From Thermodesulfobacteriota bacterium (GTDB taxonomy: Bacteria > Desulfobacterota_D > UBA1144 > Nemesobacterales > JAJCZQ01): a stretch of 64,000 nt of DNA. The notes below the pieces were generated by a model, which had not been told where the DNA came from, searched no databases, and was given only the letters and a program-made list of their open reading frames with translations. Made by a program: the position numbers and the translations under genes. Positions 30,705-41,449 of this stretch are shown here, piece by piece. The stretch is from positions 544,001 to 608,000 of the forward strand of contig CBDBDR010000017.1 of the NCBI GenBank assembly GCA_965203965.1, read 5' to 3'. Each line of letters opens with the position of its first letter. Positions within the stretch are counted from its first letter, which is position 1.

Positions 30705-31196
30705 ATGATAAAAAAAATAACACTTTACCGTCACGGCAAATCTGATTGGTTAGCTGACTATGGCTCTGACCATGATAGACCTCTTGCCAAAAGAGGTATC
30801 AAAAGCGCAAAAATAATGGGAAGGCTATTGGCAAAATCCAATCAAATACCGGATCTTGCAGTCACATCTACTGCCGTTAGAGCTAGACAAACACTTGAAA
30901 TTTCAATACTTGCAGGCAAATGGAATTGTGATGTAATAGAAAATGCAAAACTGTATTATGGACCTGTTGAAGAAATTTTTGAGACTGTTAAATCCATTTC
31001 AGACAAATACAGTAGTGTTATTCTGGTAGGACACGAACCAAAATTATCTACTCTTGCCAACTTAATGACCAACAGCGATAACACCGTATTTAAAACAGCA
31101 ACAATGGCACGAATTAACTTTAACAAAGAAAGGTGGAAAAAAATTAAATTTGGAGATGGAGAACTTAAATGGTTACAAAAACCTCAACTTTGTTGA
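30705..31196 (+). CDS. sixA: SixA-like histidine phosphatase
   Basis: RHGKSDW, DHDRPL, STAVRARQT, LVGHEP. Confidence 0.85.
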   Translation: MIKKITLYRHGKSDWLADYGSDHDRPLAKRGIKSAKIMGRLLAKSNQIPDLAVTSTAVRARQTLEISILAGKWNCDVIENAKLYYGPVEEIFETVKSISDKYSSVILVGHEPKLSTLANLMTNSDNTVFKTATMARINFNKERWKKIKFGDGELKWLQKPQLC

Positions 31197-31209
31197 ACTT
31201 TAAAAGTCT

Positions 31210-31959
31210 TTAATTCTTCTCTTTATTCTGTTTGTTAGAATCAGGTTCAGTAACTTTTATTTCATCACGTTGTGAGGAGGTTTCTGGACTTTCATCAGCA
31301 GATTTTGGTTCTTCTATTTCAACTTCATCCGCAACATCAGATTCGATCTTACCTGCTTCAGACTCAAACACTTTCTTCTCGGAAGACTGGTCTGTGACGT
31401 TCATAGATTCAACGGGCACATCGTCTCGCACATCTTTATCTGATAACATTGTTTTAGCGTCAGAATCTTTTAAAGTATTTTCAACCAAGCCAAGCTCTTT
31501 GGCAGACTCTTTTTTATTGCTTTTCACTGAACTGGAATCTTTTTTTCCTGTTTCAGTTTTAGCTTTCACTTTGGTGCCTTTCTTTTTAGATTTGGTTCTA
31601 TATTTATCCTGAATTAACTCAACAAGAGATATTGGAGCACCATCTCCTTTTCTGAAACCAAGTTTTACTATTCTTGTGTAACCACCCGGACGGTCTCTGT
31701 TTTTTTCAGCAATCTCGGAAAACAACTTCTTCAAAACCTCTTTGTCTTTTAAATGAGAAGCTGCTTGTCTTCTATGTTGTAGTGTGCCTTTTTTAGCCAT
31801 AGTTATTAGTTTTTCGGCAAACCTTCGTACCTCTTTTGCTCGCATATCCGTAGTCTTTATACTGTCATGCCTGAAAAGAGACATAGTCAAGTTCCTCAAC
31901 ATAGCCGTCCTATGCTTTGTTACAACTCCAAGTTTTCTACCAACTCTTCTGTGCCTCAT
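31210..31959 (-). CDS. rplQ: 50S ribosomal protein L17 with long charged C-terminal extension
   Basis: MRHR...HRTAMLRNL...RPGGYTRIVKLGFRKGDGAP; about 130 extra residues. Confidence 0.95.
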   Translation of the reverse strand: MRHRRVGRKLGVVTKHRTAMLRNLTMSLFRHDSIKTTDMRAKEVRRFAEKLITMAKKGTLQHRRQAASHLKDKEVLKKLFSEIAEKNRDRPGGYTRIVKLGFRKGDGAPISLVELIQDKYRTKSKKKGTKVKAKTETGKKDSSSVKSNKKESAKELGLVENTLKDSDAKTMLSDKDVRDDVPVESMNVTDQSSEKKVFESEAGKIESDVADEVEIEEPKSADESPETSSQRDEIKVTEPDSNKQNKEKN

Positions 31960-31977
31960 ACTAATTCTCCAATACTT

Positions 31978-33063
31978 CTATTCAGCATCTTCATTCATAC
32001 TTGACCTGTTTAGTTTTTCCTGTTCAAACAATTCAACATCAATATTTGAGCCAAGTTCCAGTGACATTTCTTCAAGTTTGCTGCTGATTTCATTAAGGGA
32101 TCTTTTGCCAAAATTCTCTATGTTTAAGAGCTCTTCCGCTGTTTTTTGTATCAGTTCACCCAGATAAATAATATTTGCTTTGTTAAGACAATTAAAGGAC
32201 CTTGCAGATAAATTCATATCTTTAACTAAATCAAAAAGAACCTCTTCATTACCTCTGACAATATAATTACTATCGTCTATTTTCTCGTTTTCTTCTTCTT
32301 CAAAAGCTACTTCATCAAAATTAATGAAAATATTCAGATGCTGTTTAATGATCTTTGCGGCGTATGCAAGTGCATCTTCAGGTAAGATTGTGCCATTTGT
32401 CCATATTTCAAGTGTTAATTTTTCGTAATCTGTCCTTCTTCCCACCCTTGCATTGGTAATTGTATAATTAACCTTTCTCACAGGCGAGAACAATCCATCA
32501 ATTGGTATAGAACCTATATCCCTCTTATATATTCCACTTCTTCTCTCAACAGGTTCATAACCTTTTCCCATTTCAACCATGATTTCCATCTGAAGCATTT
32601 TGTTTTCAGACACAGTAGCTATATGCTGATTACCGTTAATTACGGACACCATGTGGTTTTCCTCTATATCCGACGCCTTGACATCGCCGGGTCCCTCAAA
32701 ATTCAAGGTCAAAACTTGTGGCTGACATGTATGTATTTCAAAATTCAGGCTTTTAAGATTAAGAACAATCTCGGTTACATCTTCCTTTACTCCTGGAACG
32801 GTAGAGAATTCATGCAACACACCGTCAATCTTAACACTTGTAATTGCAGGACCTTGAATGGAAGAAAGCAAAACTCTTCTCAAAGAATTACCAAGTGTTG
32901 TTCCATAACCCCTTTCAAGAGGTTCACACACAAATTTACCGTATGTTGGAGTGGAAACTTTTTCATCCTTTTCAATTCTCTGAGGATGCTTCAGATCTTT
33001 CCAATTCTTTTGAAACTGTTTCAAGTTTATTTCCTTTAAATTTTTTTCTACTGATTGCTCCAT
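31978..33063 (-). CDS. rpoA: RNA polymerase alpha subunit
   Basis: EPLERGYGTTLGNSLRRVLLSS, GVLHEFS, LSARSFNCL, NFGKRSL. Confidence 0.97.
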   Translation of the reverse strand: MEQSVEKNLKEINLKQFQKNWKDLKHPQRIEKDEKVSTPTYGKFVCEPLERGYGTTLGNSLRRVLLSSIQGPAITSVKIDGVLHEFSTVPGVKEDVTEIVLNLKSLNFEIHTCQPQVLTLNFEGPGDVKASDIEENHMVSVINGNQHIATVSENKMLQMEIMVEMGKGYEPVERRSGIYKRDIGSIPIDGLFSPVRKVNYTITNARVGRRTDYEKLTLEIWTNGTILPEDALAYAAKIIKQHLNIFINFDEVAFEEEENEKIDDSNYIVRGNEEVLFDLVKDMNLSARSFNCLNKANIIYLGELIQKTAEELLNIENFGKRSLNEISSKLEEMSLELGSNIDVELFEQEKLNRSSMNEDAE

Positions 33064-33086
33064 AATTATAATCCTTTTTCCTTTTA

Positions 33087-33713
33087 TTATACTCTTGAAT
33101 AAAACTCTACAATCAATTGCTCGTCAATCGGAAATGTTACATCCTCTCTTTCGGGTAATCTATTTACAACACCTTTATAATTATCCTTGTCATGCTCCAG
33201 CCATAGAGGCACAGGCTTCCTTGTGAGTAACTCCAAGGATTGATTTATACGGGAAAGCCTTTTACTCTTGTCTCTTATTGCAACCACATCCCCTTGACTA
33301 ACTTGAAAAGACGGAATATTTACCACACTACCGTTAATGAGAACATGCTTATGCCCCACAAGCTGGCGTGCATCGCTTCTTGTACTGGCAAAACCTAAAC
33401 GGTAAACAACATTATCAAGCCTTCGTTCAAGTACTGATAATAAAATTGATCCCGTTACACCTTGCAACCTCGACGCTTTCTTAAAATATCTTATGAACTG
33501 TTTTTCTCTTATTCCATACATCCTTTTTACCTTTTGCTTTTCCCTGAGCCTCACTCCGTATTCAGAAAATTTGGGTCGTCTTTGACCGTGTTCACCTGGT
33601 GGATGTTTTGATTCTACTGATGATTTTCCATTATAGCTCCTCTCACCTTTAAGGAAAAGGTTAATTCCCTCTCTCCTTGAAAGTCGGTCAGTCGGTCCTG
33701 TATATCTTCCCAT
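33087..33713 (-). CDS. rpsD: 30S ribosomal protein S4
   Basis: MGRYTGP, LREKQK, LERRLDNVVYRLG, EQLIVEFYSR. Confidence 0.97.
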   Translation of the reverse strand: MGRYTGPTDRLSRREGINLFLKGERSYNGKSSVESKHPPGEHGQRRPKFSEYGVRLREKQKVKRMYGIREKQFIRYFKKASRLQGVTGSILLSVLERRLDNVVYRLGFASTRSDARQLVGHKHVLINGSVVNIPSFQVSQGDVVAIRDKSKRLSRINQSLELLTRKPVPLWLEHDKDNYKGVVNRLPEREDVTFPIDEQLIVEFYSRV

Positions 33714-33774
33714 GTAAACTATCGAACCTCCTCAAAAACTAAAAATATTGGTCTCATAATTTTTACCATATTAT

Positions 33775-34164
33775 CTAAACCCTCCTCCTTCCTGGTGGCC
33801 TACAACCATTATGTGGAAGAGGAGTAATATCTCTTATAAATGAAACACGTAGTCCTGATGCCTGCAACGATCTAATAGCAGGTTCTCTTCCAGGTCCCGG
33901 ACCTTTTACAAAAACTTGAACTGATTTCATACCTACTGATGAAGCTTTCTTTGCGGCATCTTCTGCAGCTACCTGAGCTGCGAACGGCGTGCCCTTTCTT
34001 GTGCCTTTAAAGCCTCTGGCTCCACCGCTTGACCATGAAAGCACATTTCCACTCTTATCACTAATACTAACAATGGTATTATTAAACGTCGCCCTGATAT
34101 TAACTACGCCATCCTCAACAAATTTTTTAACTTTCTTTCTTGCTGCTGTCTTCTTTTTAGCCAT
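33775..34164 (-). CDS. rpsK: 30S ribosomal protein S11
   Basis: [25 protein letters not shown]. Confidence 0.97.
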   Translation of the reverse strand: MAKKKTAARKKVKKFVEDGVVNIRATFNNTIVSISDKSGNVLSWSSGGARGFKGTRKGTPFAAQVAAEDAAKKASSVGMKSVQVFVKGPGPGREPAIRSLQASGLRVSFIRDITPLPHNGCRPPGRRRV

Positions 34165-34187
34165 TATTCAACTCCGACTCTCAAAAA

Positions 34188-34568
34188 TTATTTACCTACC
34201 TTCTTTTTCTTGGCGATTGCTGAACCTCTTGGTCCTTTTCTAGTTCTTGCATTTGACTTTGTCTTTTGTCCTCTGGTTGGCAATCCTTGCCTGTGTCTTA
34301 TTCCCCTGTAACAACCTATTTCAACCAATCTCCTTATGTTGCTTTGGATTTCCTTTCTTAAATCACCTTCAACTGTGTAACTGCTTTCTATTATCTCCCT
34401 TAATTTGGCAACTTCATTATCTTCTAGATTTTTTGACGCTTTATCAAAATCAATATCTGCGAGTTTTAATATATCCCGTGAGGTTTTCCTTCCAACACCA
34501 TATATGTAAGTTAGTGCTACTTCTACCCTTTTATTTAAGGGAATATCTACTCCTGCAATCCTCGGCAT
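34188..34568 (-). CDS. rpsM: 30S ribosomal protein S13 (true start MPRIAGVD at 34568)
   Basis: [43 protein letters not shown]. Confidence 0.96.
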   Translation of the reverse strand: MPRIAGVDIPLNKRVEVALTYIYGVGRKTSRDILKLADIDFDKASKNLEDNEVAKLREIIESSYTVEGDLRKEIQSNIRRLVEIGCYRGIRHRQGLPTRGQKTKSNARTRKGPRGSAIAKKKKVGK

Positions 34569-34587
34569 AAAATATATTCCTCCTGAA

Positions 34588-34701
34588 TTAACCTTGCCTT
34601 TGTTTGTGTCTTTTATTGACACAAATAACTCTCAAGATACTATTTCTTTTAATTATTTTACACTTATCACAAATTTTCTTTACTGATGCTCTTACCTTCA
34701 C
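34588..34701 (-). CDS. rpmJ: 50S ribosomal protein L36 (zinc type), absent from the ORF track
   Basis: Manual translation from [40 protein letters not shown]. Confidence 0.97.
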   Translation of the reverse strand: MKVRASVKKICDKCKIIKRNSILRVICVNKRHKQRQG

Positions 34702-34716
34702 AACTTTTCTCCCATA

Positions 34717-34938
34717 CTATTTTCTCAATCTATAAGTGATCCTGCCTTTTGTTAAATCATAAGGCGATAGTTCAAGTTTAACTTTATCTCCGGGAAGGAT
34801 TCTAATAAATCTTGTTCTCATTTTTCCAGATACATAAGCAATAATTTTATGTCCGCCTTCTATTTCAACTCTGAACATGGCATTCGATAATGCCTCTAAA
34901 ATTGTTCCCTCAAACTCTAATATTTCTTCTTTGGGCAT
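34717..34938 (-). CDS. infA: Translation initiation factor IF-1
   Basis: [27 protein letters not shown]. Confidence 0.97.
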   Translation of the reverse strand: MPKEEILEFEGTILEALSNAMFRVEIEGGHKIIAYVSGKMRTRFIRILPGDKVKLELSPYDLTKGRITYRLRK

Positions 34939-34956
34939 CCAGTCCTCGTAATTTAT

Positions 34957-35718
34957 TCAATTTAAGCTGGTCAATATCTCTGCACCATTATCGGTTACTG
35001 CTACAGTGTGCTCAAAATGAGCTGAAAGTTTACCATCTGCTGTAACAGTAGTCCATCCATCATCTAAAATCCTCACCTCGGCAGTTCCAACATTGACCAT
35101 TGGCTCAATTGCTAAAACCATACCACTTTTAAGGGTAACTCCAAGATGTAATGCTTCGGTTACAAAATTAGGTACTTGTGGTTCTTCGTGCAAATTTCTT
35201 CCAATCCCGTGACCTACAAATGATCTTACAACTGAAAATCCTTGTTGCTCTACATAGTCCTGTATTGACTTGGAAATATTCCCTATCCTGTTTTTTGATC
35301 TTACACTATCAATTCCACTGAGTAATGATGCCTCCGTAACCTCAAGCAATTTTTTGGCTTGAGCATTGACCTTTCCCACGGAAACCGTTATAGCAGAATC
35401 TCCATAATACCCTTCTACACAAGCACCAAAATCTATTCCGAGGATATCTCCCTCTTTTAAAATCCTGTCTTTTGAAGGTATTCCATGCACAACCTCATCA
35501 TTTAAGGCAAAACATACTGAAGCAGGGTAGTTTAAATAACCCTTGAAAGCTGTCTTAAAAGATCTTTTATCTGCAATATCTTCAGCAATTTTATTCAACT
35601 CCCAAGTTGATACCCCTTCTTTTGCTTTTTCTTTTAAGCAGGATAATACTTCAACTACTGCCTTGGAAGCTAATCTCATTTTTTTCAATTCTTCCTTGCT
35701 CTTCAAATGTATCATCAT
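34957..35718 (-). CDS. map: Methionine aminopeptidase type I
   Basis: VVHGIP, GDSA, GHGIG..LHEEP, AIEPM, SAHFEHT. Confidence 0.96.
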   Translation of the reverse strand: MMIHLKSKEELKKMRLASKAVVEVLSCLKEKAKEGVSTWELNKIAEDIADKRSFKTAFKGYLNYPASVCFALNDEVVHGIPSKDRILKEGDILGIDFGACVEGYYGDSAITVSVGKVNAQAKKLLEVTEASLLSGIDSVRSKNRIGNISKSIQDYVEQQGFSVVRSFVGHGIGRNLHEEPQVPNFVTEALHLGVTLKSGMVLAIEPMVNVGTAEVRILDDGWTTVTADGKLSAHFEHTVAVTDNGAEILTSLN

Positions 35719-36281
35719 GAAAACGCTGATAGTAACTTATCTATCCTTTGTGATATTTTATCAACATCACCTGTTCCATCTATTTTCCTCAAAATACCTT
35801 TTGATTCATAATAACTGATAAGCGGGGACGTCCTCTCACTGTAAACTTTCAACCTATCCCTTACTACCTCATGGGAATCATCCTGTCTGCCTTCAATTTT
35901 CTGTCTTTTCAATATTCTTGATATGACTTCTTCATCATTAACATCGAGAAATATCACCAAATCTAATTTGAAATTAATTTCCCCAAGCATTTCATCAAGT
36001 GCTTTGGCTTGCGCAATCGTTCTTGGAAAACCATCAAGCATAAACCTGCCATTTTCTAAATTTGCCAGTTTTTGCCTGATTATTTTAATCACAACGGAGT
36101 CGGGTACCAAATCTCCTTTATCCATGAATGACATGGCAAGCAACCCAATTTCTGTTCTATTTTTAACAGCCTCCCTTAATAAATCCCCCGTAGATATATG
36201 AGATACTTTATATTTCTCTGTTATGTAACTTGCTTGTGTCCCTTTACCAGCTCCCGGTGGTCCAAATATTATTATCTGCAT
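35715..36281 (-). CDS. adk: Adenylate kinase (short, no LID domain)
   Basis: GPPGAGKGTQA, STGDLLR, LDGFPRT, GRQDD. Confidence 0.95.
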   Translation of the reverse strand: MQIIIFGPPGAGKGTQASYITEKYKVSHISTGDLLREAVKNRTEIGLLAMSFMDKGDLVPDSVVIKIIRQKLANLENGRFMLDGFPRTIAQAKALDEMLGEINFKLDLVIFLDVNDEEVISRILKRQKIEGRQDDSHEVVRDRLKVYSERTSPLISYYESKGILRKIDGTGDVDKISQRIDKLLSAFS

Positions 36282-36292
36282 ATTTGTTTTAT

Positions 36293-37624
36293 TCAGGTTC
36301 TAAACCTCCTTGGATCTTTCATACCTTTTTTCTTCACAAAACCTTCATAGCTATGAGTAATTAGAAAAGATTCTATCTGCTGTAAAAAATCAAGCGTAAC
36401 ACCAATAACTATCAAAAGAGACGTGCCACCAAAATAAAAGGGAAGATTAAAAGGCTCTCTTTCCAAAAATGCAGGTAAAACACACACGGCTGATACATAA
36501 ATGGCACCTATAAAAGTTATCCTATTCAGTACTGTCCCAATATACTCAGATGTTTTTTTACCCGGCCTTATACCAGGGATATTTCCACCATTTTTTCTCA
36601 GATTATCCGCCAGATCGTCAGGGTCATAAATTATCGCGGTATAAAAATAGCAAAAGAATATTATAAGTGCTGCAAATATGGCATTGTAAAATAAAATGTT
36701 CTGAAACATTAACTCAGATACATTTCTTAAAAATGGGACGTCAATAAAAGTCAGTATAGTAGCGGGAAATATTAATAACGAGGAGGCAAAAATTGGAGGT
36801 ATTACCCCAGCAGGATTTGTTTTCAAGGGCAGATGGGAAGATTGACCTCCATAAACTTTCCTCCCGATAACTCTCCTTGGATACTGAACGGGAATCTTTC
36901 TATATGACCTTTCCACAAAAACAATCATTGATATTAACAGAGTAAGAAACAACAAAATCAGCACCAAACCCAGCACCGTCAATTCCTCAGTTGTAACCAA
37001 TCTGACCATGTTCCAGAAAGCTCCTGGAATACCTGCTAAGATTGAAATAGCTATTATCAAGGAAATTCCATTTCCTATTCCGTGTTCTGATATTTGTTCA
37101 CCAAGCCACATTACAAACATTGAACCGGCAGTAAGCGTCAATACTGTTGTAACCCTGAATCCCCAACCTGGGTCCGTTGCTACTGATGAGCCAATTCCCA
37201 CCTCACCAAAACCACCACCTTCCAATGTAATAGCAAGCATAAATCCCTGAATAACACAAATCAGAATAGTCCCATATCTTGAATACTGATTGATTTTCCT
37301 TCTACCAGCCTCTCCTTCTTTTTGCATCGCCTCTAAAGACGGAAATGCCTTAACAAGAAGAGACATAATAATGGACGAGGTTATATAAGGCATTACACCA
37401 AGCGCAAATATTGAAGCCTGCTCTAAAGCTCCACCGGAAAACATATTAAGTATATCAAATATAGTTCCTCGTGTTTGCTCAAATAGGCGTGAAATCTGCT
37501 CAGGGTCTATTCCCGGTATTGGTATAAATACACCCAGCCTATACACAACAAGTATAAAAGCTGTAAACAACAGCCGCTTGTTTAACTCAGGTATTCTTGG
37601 AACAGAAGAAATGCTGGTGCTCAT
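36293..37624 (-). CDS. secY: Preprotein translocase SecY
   Basis: IFALGVMPYI, WLGEQI..GIGNGISL, GVIPPIFA, GIRPG, FGGTSLLI. Confidence 0.97.
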   Translation of the reverse strand: MSTSISSVPRIPELNKRLLFTAFILVVYRLGVFIPIPGIDPEQISRLFEQTRGTIFDILNMFSGGALEQASIFALGVMPYITSSIIMSLLVKAFPSLEAMQKEGEAGRRKINQYSRYGTILICVIQGFMLAITLEGGGFGEVGIGSSVATDPGWGFRVTTVLTLTAGSMFVMWLGEQISEHGIGNGISLIIAISILAGIPGAFWNMVRLVTTEELTVLGLVLILLFLTLLISMIVFVERSYRKIPVQYPRRVIGRKVYGGQSSHLPLKTNPAGVIPPIFASSLLIFPATILTFIDVPFLRNVSELMFQNILFYNAIFAALIIFFCYFYTAIIYDPDDLADNLRKNGGNIPGIRPGKKTSEYIGTVLNRITFIGAIYVSAVCVLPAFLEREPFNLPFYFGGTSLLIVIGVTLDFLQQIESFLITHSYEGFVKKKGMKDPRRFRT

Positions 37625-38052
37625 ATAATTTCTACTTTACCACCGCACTTTTCTATTTTTTCTTTTGCTAACTTGCTCACAGCATTTACCTGAACTGTAA
37701 GCCTTTTTTCTAATCCACCCTTTCCCAGTAGTTTTACTCCTTTCTTTCCACTTACCAAACCTCTGGATATCAAGTCATTAAGTGAAACCGTTTGTCCTTC
37801 ATCAAAGACAGACAGATTCAAAACATTCACAATATCAAAAGATTTTTTAAACCTGTTTTTAAAGCCTCTTTTAGGAACCCTGAGTTTTAGTGGAGTCTGC
37901 CCACCTTCAAACCAACGAGAAACACCCTTTCCAGATCTTGAAAGCTGACCCTTATGACCTTTTCCACTCTGTCTCCCCTGTGAACCGAAGCCCCTACCTA
38001 TCCTTTTTGAAGATTTTTTTGAACCCTTTGATGGTGATAATCTTTCAAGCAT
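37621..38052 (-). CDS. rplO: 50S ribosomal protein L15
   Basis: GKGHKGQ.SRSG, FEGGQTPL, PKRGF. Confidence 0.96.
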   Translation of the reverse strand: MLERLSPSKGSKKSSKRIGRGFGSQGRQSGKGHKGQLSRSGKGVSRWFEGGQTPLKLRVPKRGFKNRFKKSFDIVNVLNLSVFDEGQTVSLNDLISRGLVSGKKGVKLLGKGGLEKRLTVQVNAVSKLAKEKIEKCGGKVEII

Positions 38053-38063
38053 AAAAACCTCTA

Positions 38064-38591
38064 TTAATTTGCCAAGTAATTTTTAGGTATATCAAGATCT
38101 TCCAAATTCTTATCTCTGACTGAAGCAATTTGAGTTGGCACTTTCAGTTCGGATAAACCTTTCATAACTGCCAAAACCACATTCATAGGATTCCTCGACC
38201 CAAGCACTTTTGATAGAATATCGTGTATCCCTGCAAGTCCCACTACTGCCCTGACGGCACCTCCTGCAATTACTCCAGTACCTGGAGCTGCGGGCATCAG
38301 TTTAACTTTACTTGAAATATGTTCGGCAACTATTTCATGAGGAATTGTTGCTCCATTTCGCGGTACTTCTAACAACGTTTTCTTTGCTTTTTCAATTGCC
38401 TTTCTTATAGCATCAGGAACCTCATTGGATTTTCCCAACCCGGAACCAACTATACCATCCCCGTTGCCAACAACAGCCAAGGCAGTAAAATGAAACTTCT
38501 TACCACCCTTTGTAACTTTTGCAACCCTTCTTATATGGACTACTTTCTCCTCTAATTCTAAACCCGCTGGATCTACATATTTTTTCTCCAA
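38064..38591 (-). CDS. rpsE: 30S ribosomal protein S5
   Basis: RVAKVTKGGK, PAAPGTGVIAGG. Confidence 0.96.
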   Translation of the reverse strand: MEKKYVDPAGLELEEKVVHIRRVAKVTKGGKKFHFTALAVVGNGDGIVGSGLGKSNEVPDAIRKAIEKAKKTLLEVPRNGATIPHEIVAEHISSKVKLMPAAPGTGVIAGGAVRAVVGLAGIHDILSKVLGSRNPMNVVLAVMKGLSELKVPTQIASVRDKNLEDLDIPKNYLAN

Positions 38592-38609
38592 TCACTTTCC
38601 TCCTGAACT

Positions 38610-38993
38610 TTAAATCTTGATTCCACCTTCTTTTAATCCATCTGCTAAAGCCTTAACTCTTCCGTGATAGGAATAGCCCCCCCTGTCAAAACAAATCCTT
38701 TTGATACCCTTTTCCTTTGCAAGTTCTGCCAATTTTTTACCAACCGACTTCGATACTCCTATTTTTCCTGCCATTTCACTGCTTGTATATTCTGCTTCAC
38801 TTGCAATACCCGAAGACAGAGAAGAAACATGAAGAATTGTTTTCTGTCTTTTATCGTCTATAACTTGTGCATAAATATTTTTCTTTGACCTATATATTGA
38901 AACCCTTGGAATGTCACTAGTTCCGGAAATTTTTTTCCTAATTCTCTTATGCCTGAATTTCCTTCTTATATTTTTTGAAAGCTTACTGGTCAT
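38610..38993 (-). CDS. rplR: 50S ribosomal protein L18
   Basis: YAQVIDD, FDRGGYSYHGRVKALA. Confidence 0.96.
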   Translation of the reverse strand: MTSKLSKNIRRKFRHKRIRKKISGTSDIPRVSIYRSKKNIYAQVIDDKRQKTILHVSSLSSGIASEAEYTSSEMAGKIGVSKSVGKKLAELAKEKGIKRICFDRGGYSYHGRVKALADGLKEGGIKI

Positions 38994-39538
38994 TTTTTTG
39001 CTCCAGCCTTGCCGGGCTTCAATATGAGTTGTTCTCCTCTATACCTTACTCCTTTACCCTTATAAGCATCGGGTTTTCTCAAATGCCTAATCTTTGCAGC
39101 AGTTTCACCCACCAGTTGCTTGTCTATTCCTTGAAGAGTTAAAACAGTTCCTCTTTCCTCCACCTTTGCCCCAACTCCTTTTGGTAATTCAAAGTTTATG
39201 GTGTGTGAATAACCCAAAGTAAGTTTTAACCCTTTATCCCCAACCGTCTCTGCTTTGTAACCAGTGCCTACTATCTCCAAAATTTTAGTGAAGCCTTCAG
39301 AAACACCGGTTACTGAATTTTGAAGCAATGACCTTGCCAATCCATGATAAGTACGGATTTCCTTTTCATCACTATTTCTCGTTACCTCAATACTACCGTT
39401 TTCAATTATAACCTCAATCCCTCTTGGCAAGTTGATATTTAACTCTCCTTTGGGTCCCCTTATATAAACAACCTCGTTTTTTGTTTCTACGTTTACTTTA
39501 TCTGATAGCTTAATAATTTTTCTTCCAATCCGAGACAT
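38990..39538 (-). CDS. rplF: 50S ribosomal protein L6
   Basis: MSRIGRK, GPKGEL, LGYSH, PDAYKGKGVRY. Confidence 0.96.
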   Translation of the reverse strand: MSRIGRKIIKLSDKVNVETKNEVVYIRGPKGELNINLPRGIEVIIENGSIEVTRNSDEKEIRTYHGLARSLLQNSVTGVSEGFTKILEIVGTGYKAETVGDKGLKLTLGYSHTINFELPKGVGAKVEERGTVLTLQGIDKQLVGETAAKIRHLRKPDAYKGKGVRYRGEQLILKPGKAGAKK

Positions 39539-39556
39539 ATAAACCAGTCCTTTCTT

Positions 39557-39949
39557 TTAATTAACAATACATATAATTTCCCCACCAACTCCTTCTTTTC
39601 TTGCGACTGTTCCAGTCATAATACCCTTTGGAGTAGAGAGAATAGATATTCCCATGCCAGCTTTAACTCTTGGTATCTGATGTTTATTAACATAGATCCT
39701 TCTACTGAGTTTGCTGACCCTCTTTATTTCACCTATTACAGGTTGCCTGCTTTTGGTATATTTTAATTTTAGCGTTAAAAATTTCTTTAATCCATCTTGA
39801 TCTTGAATAATTTCAACGATGTAACCTTCTTCCTTTAATACTTTGGCTATTTGTGATTTAATCGTGGAATGAGGAATTTTTACCTCATTATGATTTGCAA
39901 TGATTGCATTTCTTATTCTGGATAACATATCTGCAATTGGATCAGTCAT
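39557..39949 (-). CDS. rpsH: 30S ribosomal protein S8
   Basis: MTDPIADMLSRIRNA, LSTPKG, GGEI. Confidence 0.96.
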   Translation of the reverse strand: MTDPIADMLSRIRNAIIANHNEVKIPHSTIKSQIAKVLKEEGYIVEIIQDQDGLKKFLTLKLKYTKSRQPVIGEIKRVSKLSRRIYVNKHQIPRVKAGMGISILSTPKGIMTGTVARKEGVGGEIICIVN

Positions 39950-39959
39950 TAATTCCTCC

Positions 39960-40145
39960 TTACAAACTTGCCTTTCTCACACCTGGAATCAATCCTGCAC
40001 TTGCCATTTTCCTGAAGCACAATCTACATATTCCAAATTTCCTCATGTAGCCTCTTGTTCTTCCACAAGCATTACATCTGTTCACTTTCCTGACTGAGAA
40101 TTTAGGATTTCTCTTTGATTTTTCTAACAATGCCTTTCTTGTCAT
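39960..40145 (-). CDS. rpsN: 30S ribosomal protein S14, zinc-binding type Z
   Basis: NRCNACGR...ICRLCFR...PGVRKAS. Confidence 0.95.
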   Translation of the reverse strand: MTRKALLEKSKRNPKFSVRKVNRCNACGRTRGYMRKFGICRLCFRKMASAGLIPGVRKASL

Positions 40146-40154
40146 GGTGTCCTC

Positions 40155-40709
40155 TTAATTTTTTGAAAACGGCACTCCCAATAATTCCAACATTGTCAAC
40201 GCTTCATTGTCCGTATTAGAAGTTGTTACTATAGTTATGTTTATACCTTTAACATTCTGAACTTTGCTATAATCAATCTCGGGAAAGATTACATGCTCTT
40301 TTACTCCAAGTGTGTAATTACCCCTTCCGTCAAATGATTTGGGATTAACTCCTTTGAAATCCCTTACCCTTGGCAGTGCCAGATTGACAAGTCTGTCTAG
40401 AAACTCATACATTCTGTTGCCTCGTAATGTTACCATGCAACCTATTTTCACATTCTCTCTCAACTTAAACCCTGCTATGGATTTCTTTGCTTTTGTTATA
40501 ACAGGTCTCTGCCCAACAATTTGTGCCAACTCTTCAACAGCTTCATCTATTACCTTTGTATTCCTACCAGCTTCGGACAAACGGCCAAGACCCATATTAA
40601 GCACTATGTTTGTAACCCTTGGCGCCTGCATGATGTTTTTATATGAAAATTTTTTCATTAGCTCAGGCAAAGCTTTTTCTTTATAAGTTACTTTAAGTTT
40701 TGGCTCCAT
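40155..40709 (-). CDS. rplE: 50S ribosomal protein L5
   Basis: [27 protein letters not shown]. Confidence 0.96.
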   Translation of the reverse strand: MEPKLKVTYKEKALPELMKKFSYKNIMQAPRVTNIVLNMGLGRLSEAGRNTKVIDEAVEELAQIVGQRPVITKAKKSIAGFKLRENVKIGCMVTLRGNRMYEFLDRLVNLALPRVRDFKGVNPKSFDGRGNYTLGVKEHVIFPEIDYSKVQNVKGINITIVTTSNTDNEALTMLELLGVPFSKN

Positions 40710-41026
40710 TATATTGTCTCACCACTTTTTTTACTGATTCTGACTTTTTTGCTGTCTTTCATAATATCAAATCTGACTCTGGTTGGAGACTTGGTATGGG
40801 GATCGTACAGCATTACATTTGATATATCTATAGGAAGCTCTTTATCCGATATTCCTCCAGTCGGATTTTTCTGTGTGGGTTTGCTGTGTTTCTTAACTAA
40901 ATTAACTTTCTCCACAATAATTTTTCCCTTTTTGGGCAAAACTTTAATTACTTTACCTACCTTACTTTTATCTTTACCAGCAGCAACGTAAACAGTATCA
41001 CCCGATTTAATATTAACTTTCTTCAT
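40709..41026 (-). CDS. rplX: 50S ribosomal protein L24
   Basis: [22 protein letters not shown]. Confidence 0.95.
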   Translation of the reverse strand: MKKVNIKSGDTVYVAAGKDKSKVGKVIKVLPKKGKIIVEKVNLVKKHSKPTQKNPTGGISDKELPIDISNVMLYDPHTKSPTRVRFDIMKDSKKVRISKKSGETI

Positions 41027-41056
41027 ATCAATAAAATCCTCTCAAACAACAGAAAA

Positions 41057-41425
41057 TTACACAACCTCGGGAGCCAGAGAAATTATCTTCATAAATCCTT
41101 TTACCCTTAATTCTCTTGCTATAGGACCAAACACCCTTGTTCCAATTGGCTCATTATCCTTGCTTATTATTACGGCTGCATTATCATCAAAACTTACGTA
41201 CGTCCCATCAGGTCTTCTTTGCTCTTTTTTAGTTCTCACTATAACTGCTTTATGCACGCCACCCTTTTCAACTTTGGCGTTGGGTATTGCCTCTTTCACC
41301 GAAACAGTTATGACATCTCCTAAACGTGCATATTTACGACCGGATCCACCCAAAACCTTTATACAAAAAAGTTTTTTTGCTCCAGTATTGTCTGCAGATT
41401 CTAAATATGTGCTTGATTGAATCAT
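41057..41425 (-). CDS. rplN: 50S ribosomal protein L14
   Basis: ADNTGAK, FDDNAAV, GTRVFGP, SLAPEV. Confidence 0.97.
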   Translation of the reverse strand: MIQSSTYLESADNTGAKKLFCIKVLGGSGRKYARLGDVITVSVKEAIPNAKVEKGGVHKAVIVRTKKEQRRPDGTYVSFDDNAAVIISKDNEPIGTRVFGPIARELRVKGFMKIISLAPEVV

Positions 41426-41449
41426 GTACTTATCTTTAACCTGGGCAAG

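Noticed and set aside
34569..34622. N-terminal extension of S13 in the ORF track
   Set aside because: It overlaps rpmJ; the ATG at 34568 has a GGAGG RBS and gives the canonical start
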